This document shows positions 28,321 through 38,600 of a DNA stretch of 64,000 nucleotides, piece by piece. Origin of the DNA: Macrostomum lignano (Eukaryota). The position numbers and the translations under genes are program-made. Below the pieces are notes generated by a model. It was not told the origin of the DNA, made no database searches, and was given only the letters and a program-made list of their open reading frames with translations. Each line of letters starts with the position of its first letter. Position 1 is the first letter of the stretch. The stretch lies in the NCBI GenBank assembly GCA_002269645.1, contig NIVC01000130.1, forward strand, positions 806,001 to 870,000, in the 5' to 3' direction.

Positions 28321-30856
28321 GAGACTATACCTACGGCTAATGACGGCTTCCTGCTGCGCAGACGCATCGGTCGCCGCCACGGCGAAAAGCGCCTAAGCGT
28401 GCTTGGCTACGCCGACGACCTCGCCCTCCTCTCTCTCTTCACTCCGACCTGCGGCCGCCCGCGGGAGACCGGGTCGGGGCCGCTCTGCCACCTGGATCGT
28501 CGACAGGCGGTTCTTGGCGGCCCACCCTGCGCAGGTAATCACAGAGGAGGCTGCCCTCGCCCCCCAGCACGGTATTCCAGTCAACGCTGATGCCACCCCA
28601 GGTGCGGATGCGAGCCTGGTGGTAGCCTGGGCAGGTTAGGAGCAGATGTTCGACCGAGTCCGGCTCTCCACAGGTAGTGCATCGGTCGTCAACAGTGAGG
28701 CCGAAACGGTGGAGAGTGTCGCGCGTGAGCGGGGATTTGCGCGTCCTCAGCTGGCAAAGTGTGACCTGGCCCCATCTCGGGAGATCATCGTGACCAGGCG
28801 TCGGGCTCGGGAACGGGTGCCTATGGTCTCGCGTTTTACGCCAACCTCGGATAACATGATTGATGGCAGTCCTAGCGGCGATAGGGGTGACGGAGATCGG
28901 CTGTTGTTGGGCCTCGGTAGCTCTCCCGGCCAGCTCATCAGCCGCTTCGTTCCCAGGGAGGTTAGCGTGACCCGGCACCCATTGCAGGTGGATTTTGCAG
29001 CCACTCGGCAGGGCAGCGATATTAGCCCAGACGCGTCGGGTGCCATCGTCCGCCGCGACGGTCGGGCCGCGCAGGATCGTTTGGAGGCCGGCACGGGAAT
29101 CCGTGCACAGCCTGACAGTAATGGCCGGGCTGCCGCCGCTACGGAGAAGCTCAGCCAGGCGGGCAAGAGCCGCTTCGATCGCAACGAGTTCCGCCATGGT
29201 GCTACTGTTCCAGCGACCGGCCGGCACACAGACATTTTTCCGGATACCCAAAAGGTTCGAGGTGATAACAGCTCCTCCTCCAGACGCGGTGCCATCCGGC
29301 CGGGTGGATCCATCGGTCCAGATGAGCACGTCCGCCGGATGAAGGAGGCCCAGCGTCCTCTCAGCAATCTCCCGGCGGAAGTCGGGAGGGTCACTCCGGC
29401 GCATGGCGGCGACCAGGTCGACCGCGATGGTCACCTGCTTATCCAGCCAGTGCCATGGCGGGAGCGCGGGCTCAACGGGGCGCATGAGGTCCTCCAGGTG
29501 GAACCCAGCGAGCTCGCACAGCCACTGTCCAACGCGGCGGAAACAAGGTTTGTTGCTCAAGGTAATGTCTTCGTCCCATCTCAGAATATCGAACGGTTTA
29601 TCGGGGCCGACCTCGCGCTTCCAGGCTTCATGGGCCCTGCTGCGGAGGCGTGGCGGTGGCGCGATCGACAGCAACTCTCGCGCTGGGTCATCGTCGGGCA
29701 GGCTCATGATGCGGATAAATTCGTTGCTGAGGAGCTGTTTGGCGCGGAGGTGCAGTGCCGGAAGGTCCGCTTCGGCGAGCAGAGAGCGGCAATTCGTGAC
29801 ACCGAGGCATCCGGTGATGATGCGCGCGCACTTATGTTGTTCAGCCTCCAGCTTGTCCCTGAGGGTGGGCGCGGCGTGATTGAAGTAGATGGCAGCTCCG
29901 TAATCAAACACCGACCTGATGTATGCCGTGTAGGCGGTGCGCAGCGTGGTCCGGTGAGCGCCATAGACTTTGCCAGCGAGGGTCTGTAGGCAGCGCCGCC
30001 TATTGGCCATTTTTTGGCGCACGGCCTCAACATGGTTAGCAAAAGTCAATTGATCGTCAAGGACCTCGCCCTCCTGTCCTCGTCCGTTGAAGGCGTCCAG
30101 CGCCAGATCGACAGTCTTGGTCGAGGTGGCATTGAGCGTCGGTCTGATCTTCAACACGTCAAGTGCTGACTGTGCCGGCCGACATCCCAGCGGACCTGAC
30201 GTGCAGCGGCGCAGACGGGCAGACGACCAAGCTCGCATGCTGCCAGCGGTTCACCTACCTCGGCGGTCTGGTGCCCTACGTAGAAGAGGACCTCCGGCGG
30301 CGCAGAGGACTTGCCTGGGCGGCCTTTCGTTCGATCCGAGCCGTCATCCAGTCCGAAGCGCTGCCCGACCGCCAGAGGGCTCGGCTGTGGCAGGCGGTGA
30401 TCGAAACCGTCCTGCTATACAACGCCGAGACGTGGACGCTGACGGCTACGCTGGAGAGGCAGCTGGACACGACGCACTCAGGGCTGCTCCGTGCAGCCTT
30501 TCGAGCTGACGAGAGCGTCGTGACCGAGGCCCTGTACGATCAGGCCGAGCTGCAGCGCCCGTCCACTATCCTGCGCCGGCGGCGACTTTAACTGGCGGGC
30601 CAAGTGTTCCGGGCCGAGGGCTACTGCCCCCAACCTGTTCAGGACGTCCTGCTGCTTACCTTGCAGGGCCCGTTCAGGCGGGGTCAGGCGGCCGAACCCG
30701 TCGATACGTGGACTGCCTGCCGTGCGACGCTGGGGCGCCCGACACAGCCAACGGAGCGGACTTCGTTCGCTCCCAGGCTCTGCAGCGCGCCATCTGACGC
30801 GCCCTGCTTTAACTGTGACCTTTGCTTGCGGGCCGCGTATTTTGTTGTTGTTGTTG
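28321..30856 (+). mobile_element. 5'-truncated, decayed RTE-like LINE, interrupted by a second LINE
   Basis: GFLLRRRIGRRHGEKRLSVLGYADDLALL (28330-28430) resumes at 30062 as DLALLSSSVEGVQRQIDSL, then FTYLG, LAWAAF, LLYNAETWTLT. Frameshift near 30120, stop at 30589, (TTG)n tail, and an 11-bp TSD TTTGGTAGTAT (28310-28320, 30857-30867). Confidence 0.88.
28431..30061 (-). mobile_element. 5'-truncated I-group LINE: RT C-terminus, RNase H and C-terminal Zn knuckle
   Basis: Unbroken frame LDDQLTFANHV..YIRSVFDYG..WTDGS..AELVAI..CTDS..QWVPGHANLPGNEAADELA..CTTCGEPDSVEHLLLTC; stop at 28439-28441; (AG)4 tail; 14-bp TSD GACCTCGCCCTCCT (28417-28430, 30062-30075). Clade (Ingi/Nimb/I/R1) not resolved. Confidence 0.92.
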
Positions 30857-31288
30857 TTTGGTAGTATAGGATGGCCACAATCCACGCAATGTGTGACCAA
30901 TGACAAACTGAAGTAGATGCAAGGAAGGACCACAGAAGTAGCAGTAGATACTGCTACATGAGTAGATGGTGGAGGCTACTCTAGTTTTTCTTACATGTAG
31001 AAATGATCGCTGGATTAGATATATGTATTTGTTGTATCATATACATAATGCCTGCATTTATTTAGTCACATATGTGCTTTCGCGACAGTTTTTGACAGAA
31101 TTTGTCGATGGAGAAATCCCATTCAGCGGTATACGTTCCTTAGAGCATATACAAAACGCACTTCCTACTAGGGCTTATAAAGTGTGCACGCTTGTAATCG
31201 ACACCGTCATATGGTTTGACCTGCAAAGACTGCTAAATATATAAGTGTAGTCGCTGATACAATGCAATTGGGGTTAGGGTGTGCATGA

Positions 31289-31650
31289 GGGGGGCCGTAG
31301 CCCAGCGGTAGCGCAGGCTCTGGTGTGCCAGCTACCCAGGCTCGATTCCAAGTGCAGTCACATTAATTTGGGGCTGAATTGGAATCTCGGCTTGGCTCTG
31401 CTCGTGCAATTAACGGCCTTGAGAGCCAACCCCCCAAGGCGCAGTGAAGTGTACATGCCTAACGATAAAATAAAGTTCCGCTGTACACTCCTGTGTGAGT
31501 ATGTGCCTGCGTACGTATCCGCGCGCTTGTATGCCTGCTCAGGGGAGTCGGCGGAATGGGCAGTAATGCCTCTCGCCGGTTGTGCGCCTATGTCGCTTAA
31601 AGTGCGCCAGGGTGCACAAAACCCCCCTGCCTCTAAAAAAAAATAAAAAA
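31289..31650 (+). mobile_element. Full-length tRNA-derived SINE, 362 bp
   Basis: A box TAGCCCAGCGG (31298-31308), B box GGCTCGATTCC (31339-31349), A-rich tail, and a perfect 14-bp TSD TAGGGTGTGCATGA (31275-31288, 31651-31664). Confidence 0.9.
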
Positions 31651-31843
31651 TAGGGTGTGCATGACAACGATTTTTACTTAACCTGAAGTACACCTTGACC
31701 GGCCATTCAAATTGGGTAATTTTACAATAGGGTCAGGGACCTACTCAATTATAAATATAGCTGATTGTACGTTTATATTTTTTCGTCTACGGTTCACTTT
31801 TAAACAGTTATTTAATTCTACTAATCATCAGATATTAACAGTA

Positions 31844-32769
31844 GAACTAACCAAGAGGGGGGAATTCCCCCCCCCCCCTGACAATTTTTTGCTGCGCCGG
31901 AACGAAGCAACGCAGGCACACGAAATTCAAGAACACGGCTAACTTTTTGTTGCGCACCGCCACCTTCTCAAACAAGAATCAAGTCGTCAGCCCTCCAGAC
32001 CGTCAAGATATTCGACGATTCTGCCAGAAGTTCGGATTTTTCCCTTAAGCGCTTAGTAGTGTATTCAGTACATCGTACCCCTGTGCGCCAATAAGCACTG
32101 CGCTTCAGTGCAGCTTTTGTCAAGTCTCCAAATTTCATCAGAACGTCGATCACATGTGTCTGCATCAGCTCTGACTTCGTTGGTCACTGGCCTTCACCGA
32201 GACGGAGATTCTAGTTCTAGACCTTCAACAGGTGGCACCAGGTGACTATGAACACCCTGAACGAATTTCTCTAGTTTCGCTGATCAAACCTTGACAGTGG
32301 GCAAACCTTAACTGCTAGGTATCCTCAGTTGGTCTCTCGAGCATTTAGTCATCACCCGGACGTTGTCGGCACCTTCAACAGATGACACCAGGCGACTATG
32401 AACATCCTGATGCGAATTTCTCGAGTTTCGCTAATCAAGCCTCGACAGTGGGCAAGCCTCAACTTCTGGACACCCTCAGCTAGTCTCTCGAGCATTCCGT
32501 CATCACACAAAGCTGCACCGAGGCGCAGTGCTGATTGGCGCACAGGGGTGTACTGAATACACTAGCGCTTATGGGAAAAATCCGACCTTCTGGCAGAATC
32601 GTCAAATATCTCGACGGTCTGGAGGGCTGGCGACTTGATTTTTGTTTGAGAAGGTGCGCAACAAAAAGTTAGCCCGTTTTCTTGAATTTTGTGTGCCTGC
32701 GTTGTTCCGTTCCGGCACAGCAAACAATATTGTCAGAAGGGGGGAAATTTCCCCCTCTTGGTATAGTTC
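31844..32769. mobile_element. Non-autonomous fold-back element: ~265-bp imperfect TIRs around two ~150-bp direct repeats
   Basis: 31844-32120 is the reverse complement of 32508-32769 (e.g. GCAGGCACACGAAATTCAAG vs CTTGAATTTTGTGTGCCTGC); ACCTTCAACAG-led direct repeats start at 32221 and 32371; no TSD resolved. Confidence 0.75.
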
Positions 32770-33428
32770 GACGGGCGGAAAATGGCTTGGTATTCCTACT
32801 GTTAAATATCGCACGGCAGGGAGAAACACTGAAGGAAGCGGAAGTCTTTAATTTCTCTCTTTGTTGTATTTCGATGGAAGAAGATTCCGGAAGCTTGTAA
32901 TCTAGCAATACACTGGCCCAGAAGTTGTTTATGCTAGCGCGCGCGAATTTAACTGCAAGTAAAAGCTTGATTTTTATAATTTTAATTCGCTGAACTGTCT
33001 TTGGATGTAGCCTTGGCTTTAGTACAGTACTGCACACATCAGCCACCCAGATTTAATTGTAGAAAGTTTGGTTTTAACAGAGGGGTAATTCTATTTCATT
33101 TTCGGCCTGTAATCTCAAGATCAAATGAACAAATAAACAGTAACTAACTAGCTTAGCAGCTCTGTGGCTGTGCATTACTATAGACTATACTACTATATAG
33201 TATAGGCAGGCCTGAGTGCTTTGCTAAAGCTAGCACAACGGCACGGTAGTATTGTAAAAATAATAAGAGTGCAGTGCCAACTTTAATTTCAACTTTTCTT
33301 CTTTTTATTTTCTTATTGCCTAGTAGCTAGGCCTAACAAGATTCTTATTTTGCTAATTTCAAACTGGGTCTTTTACTATACTAATTTTGAATTTAATATA
33401 ATATTTGCATCTATACGAAGCTAAAAGA

Positions 33429-35399
33429 ATGCCAGGTATGTGGGTAAAGTAAACAAGTGTATTAATTCTTAAAAAATGTTTATATTATATTTTTGCATTA
33501 TAATCTATACTAACTATAACTAGGCTTATAAATAAGATGATTTAGGTTTTGGTATTGGATTGCCCAAGCCAAAGCTTGCTAAATGTGATGAAGAAAAGTA
33601 GCAATCCCTAAGATATCTAAACACTCCAAGGTTACAAGGTAGAAATAGATTAGGTAGGAGCTTATTGATATATGTCTAGCCTCTTAACAAAAGGGTATAG
33701 ATAATAAGGCTATAAGCAGTTAGCCACTTGAATTAGCAATAAAAAAGAAGTTAATATAGTCAAGAGACATAAATCTTTTGCAGACTGAAGTAAAAACTTA
33801 ATAGGAAAAGATAATTTATAAAAAGATTTGACAAATAAGCAATGTATAAATTATTTATCTTATGAGGAAGGGTCACTCAATGCACTCAAACTCTATAAGC
33901 TTTTATATTGCTTCTAGCCTATATTTCATTTTATAATAAGTGTTCACTTGCTATATCTTGTACTACTATTAGGCCTATAAGTCTTCATTTTAATTTCACA
34001 ACCCAAGTATACAAAGGGCTAGAAGGGAAGAGAAATAGTAGGAAGGCAAGAGCTAGGCAAGAGCCATGTCTGCATATAAATATTACAATATTTGATAGGG
34101 TAAGCAAGAAGCTAGATTGGGCCTAGGAATGAGAATACCATGGGATAAAACTCAAAATTAGAGAACAAAAAAAGTAAGGGGAAGGCTAGGTCTAGCTAAT
34201 CAGGGATCTTTGCAACTAAAGACATAGACTAGCCCAAAAAAGAGAAAAAATGAAAAGGAGTTAGCCAATAAACATGTGGACTATAAAAAAATAAAATTTA
34301 AACTAGAATAAGTAGCTTTAGATAAAGGGTAGACTAGAACAAGCAAGTGGCAGAGAGAAAAGGTGAAAAGACTACAAAGATCAAGGGAAAGGCATTGTGA
34401 AGTGCAGCTTACAACATATATATTTAGATCAAAAACTATATAAATAAAGTTCATTCTTTTAGTATTGTTATTTTTTCTAATTAAATATAAAAAGTGCATA
34501 GCTAGAAACCCTATAAAAAGCTAAGTATAAAAGATTAGTTATTCTAATTTAATCAAGCTTCCTTGATAGTAAAACTTACAACAGTCAAATTTAAGCTAGT
34601 TTTTCTTATAAACTAGGCCAATATTTTGAGATCAAATATAGTAAAAAATGAATGACCTATGTTGAACTTTAAGTAAAGCTACCTGGGTCTTATTACTTAT
34701 ATTTAATTTTAATGATTTCTTTCTTTATTGTAAACTTTCCTTATTGATTAAAATGTATATATATAGGTATTTCTAGTATTTTTAAAGTGACATTGTTTTT
34801 CAGGAGTTGTATCTTAAGTTTTTTCTAAAATTTGTAGTTAAAGATCAAAGTTAATGATCAGACATATACACAATAACAGGTGTATTTTCATACTAAAACA
34901 GCTAATTTTCTGCTTAAAACTATAATTTCATCAGAGTACAAAATAATGTGTCATTATTATTTTTACTCATCACAGGTCTTCTAAATTCTCTGTGTGGCAC
35001 CTGCAGACCCAGATGGGCCCGACTTGTTGACAATGCGTTTCCATCTGATCCAAATGTGAGTAGGCAGGCTCAGTGCCAAGTTCTTATCCAAATAAATGCA
35101 AGTTCATAAATATGCCTTTGTTAGCTTCTTACTTATAGTTATATCTGTTTGTTTATTGCGCAATTTTCTATTTAGAATCGCAATTCCAAGACTCAGCGAT
35201 TGAATTCATTGACGCATTACACCTGTCGATATCCGGAGAAACTGGGGCGGATTGCCAACTATTTGGAGAGACGATTGCAGAGAGATTTGTATCGGCGGAG
35301 AACTGGGTGAGCGCTGGCGGAGTTGACTGCTCTCTGCTTTTCATTAGCTTGAATGGATTGAGCGTCTGTCTCTTTGATTGGCATTTTCGAGCCAGTTTG

Positions 35400-35466
<67 letters not shown>

Positions 35467-35623
35467 GTCTGTCTGCCTGTCTGTGTCTGTCTGTCTGTCT
35501 GTCCTAGAGTCTGTCTGTCTGTCTGTCTGTCTCTCTGTCTGTCTGTCTGTGTGTCTGTCTGTCTGTCTGTCTGTGTGTCTGTCTGTCTGTCTGTCTGTGT
35601 GTCTGTCTGTCTGTCTGTCTGTG

Positions 35624-35658
<35 letters not shown>

Positions 35659-38600
35659 GTGTCTGTCTGTCTGTCTCTCTGTCTGTGTGTCTGTCTGTCT
35701 AGCTGTCTAGCTGTCTCGCACCGCAGGCACGTATTCGTGGCCATCAGCATAGCGGACAATCTGATAAAATGCTGTCAACGCCTGGACGGGCTTGTGTGCG
35801 CCTACCTGTCCATGGTGACCAGCCTGGTGGAGTGCGAGGACCGCGAATTGCAGATCCTGGGCTCGGCGAGTTTCTGCGCCTACTCGGCCGTGGACAAGGA
35901 GACGCCAAATTATTTAACGGAATACGCGCCACTGTTGGAACGGTTCGTTCGAATGTGCCTGGACAGCTCGGCGGTGTCCAACCGGGTTCGCTGCGCCGGT
36001 CTCCGCGGCATTGTTGGACTTGTGAGAAAGATCGGCAGCGACGATTTGCAGTTGAACATCTGGCAGGAGCTGCACATGAACCAGATTGTTGGCGCGGTGC
36101 TGTTCAATTTGGAGGCACCGCCGGCGGTTGAACTAGACGAAGTTCGTCTCGACGATGACGAAGAGGAGGCTGGGGCGGCTGATTCTGATGGCGCCTCTCT
36201 CGGTAGGCTTGTTTGTGATTTTCTAGGAACCATGTATTGGGGTGTCTAGTAAGCAAGTAGGATGTTTATATGGGAGTTAGGTGTTTATTTTGTCAGCGAA
36301 GTGTTTATTTAAGTTTTCATTGTTTTCATAATGTTTTCATTGAGTGGGATGTTCGTTTAGTGAGTTGAGTGTTTATCTAGTGATTGTTGTGCTTTTTTAG
36401 GGAGTGGGATGTTCATCTAGTGAGTGGGATGTTTAATTAGTGAGTCGGATGTGTATTTAGTAATTGGGATGTTTATCTAGTGAGTTTTGTGCTTTTTATG
36501 GAGTGGGATGTTCATTTAGTAAGTGGGGTGTTTATTTAGTAAGTGAAATGCTTGTTTAGTGAGTGGGCTGTTTATTTAGTGAGTGGGATGTTTATCTAGT
36601 GAGTGGGCTGTTTATCTAGTGAGTGAGTTGTATATTTAATTAACTAGGTGTTTATTTTGTAAGTGGGATGTTTACTTAAAGAATCGGGTGTTTATTTAGT
36701 GAGTGGGATGTTTAGTTTAAAACGCTTGTAAAGTGTGGTGTTTGCTCTGTCATTGAGTTGTATGTTTACGCAATACAGGTTTGTGTCCGCTTCTGGACTG
36801 GAATGATGATAGGGTTAATAAACTCATATATAAACATATTGGAGTGTTTATTGCTGTATTAAGGGTTGTTTACCTTATCTAGTGGTTTGTGGGTATTCTA
36901 GTCAATATTCTAGACTTGCATAACCCCTACAGAGCGCCCGTTCGACTTGGCCAAAGAGGCCCTCGACGAGCTGCTAATGCGGGCCACATTTCATAACTAC
37001 GGCTGCGTGATCGGGCCAGTGCTGGCCCACCTGGATGCCAACCCCAGTCTGTGGGTGCCCTGCAGCTTTGCACTGCTGGTATTCCGCACTCTGGTCACCC
37101 GAGCCCCCAAGCCTGGCTACGCGTATACTGTGGTTGAACGGCTGGTTGGCCATCTCAACTCCAAATCTGTAGCCGCTTCCACACCTGTGCGCCAGTGTGT
37201 TCTGCAGGTGTGTGTTCATTAGCTTTTTTGTTATATTCTCTTGACTTTCATCATCCTATCTCTCTTAACTTTGATCCCCTCTCTATGTCACATTTGATCC
37301 CCTCTCTATGTCACCTTTGATCCGATCTCTATCTCACCTTTGATCTTATCTTTATCTCACCTTTGATCTCCTCTCTATCTCACCTTTGATCTCCTCTCTA
37401 TCTCACCTTTGATCCCCTGAGTGCCTCTGCAGGGTCAGAATGTGAATTTAAGGCACGAACTAGGCGGTAGGGGCACAGGTGTCGTAGGGGATTCAGGTGC
37501 ATTAAAGGTGCACAGTGTGCGTTGAGGCACAAAAGGTGAACAAAGTAGGAATTGGGGGCATTGGTGGAGTGAAAGGTGAAAAAAAGGTGCGCTGTGGTGG
37601 AGGTGCATAAAAAGTGTACAGTGTGCACTGAAGGCACGAAAGGTGAATAAAAGGTGCACAGTGCACAGGCGTAGAGGCAATGCAAGGGGTGTTCCTTACT
37701 ATTCTTTGAATTCCTTACTATTCTTTGAATTCCTTACTATTCTTTGAATTCCTTACTATTCTTTGAATTCCTTACTATTCTTTGAATTCCTTACTATTCT
37801 TTAAATTCCTTACTATTCTTTGAATTCCTTACTATTCTTTAAATTCCTTACTATTCTTTAAATTCCTTACTATTCTTTAAATTCCTTACTATTCTTTGAA
37901 TTCCTTACTATTCTTTGAATTCCTTACTATTCTTTGAATTCCTTACTATTCTTTGAATTCCTTACTATTCTTTGAATTCCTTACTATTCTTTGAATTCCT
38001 TACTATTCTTTGAATTCCTTACTATTCTTTGAATTCTGTTTTTAGATTTTTTTTAGGCTCTGTTTTTGGCGAAAATTCGCTTGGTCCCCCCTTTGATTTT
38101 TTTTCGGTCCCCCGCCTAAGGGGGGGGCGACCGCCCCCCCCCGCCCCCCCCCTGGTTGCGCCACTGCTCTCAGTTATTTTTTTGTTACAAATTATTAATG
38201 CGTTAATATTCGTGCATAGGCATAAAAGGTGAGCGAGTTGCACAGAAGAGGCACTTTAGGGGTCTATTTCGAGCGTGTTTTGGAAATGCAGCTGTATACA
38301 TATTTACGCCGCACATGTACACCTTATACACCTCTGATTCACCTTTTGTGCACTTTCTGCGCCCCTTCAGCACCTTTCCTACACCTGCTGTGCCTCACTT
38401 GTGAGCCTGCTGTTCACCTTTTGCGCACCTCCAGTGCCCCTTACGCACCTTTACTGCCCCTACCGCCGCAACCAATCAAAATTGAGAATTCACCTACTGC
38501 CTGACCACTTCACCGATTTTACACCTTTCATGCCTCTTTTCAAAAATATTGGTGACATTTAGGCATAAAAGGTGCACTCAGGTGCATTTCCAAAACACAC

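Noticed and set aside
28646-29989. 447-aa plus-strand ORF
   Set aside because: Antisense shadow of the GC-rich I-group LINE ORF; no domain motifs.
30062-30238. First ~59 aa of the 599-aa minus-strand ORF
   Set aside because: They lie beyond the 14-bp TSD and are antisense host RTE sequence; the ATG at 30238 is not the element's start.
31289-31365. Possible tRNA gene
   Set aside because: A and B boxes are present but there is no convincing cloverleaf; it continues into a SINE body with tail and TSD.
37440-38530. Loose inverted similarity (AGGTG-rich 37440-37680 versus CACCT-rich 38300-38530) and a MITE-like end at ~38120-38166
   Set aside because: Only short patches align and no termini or TSD could be fixed, so an element cannot be supported.
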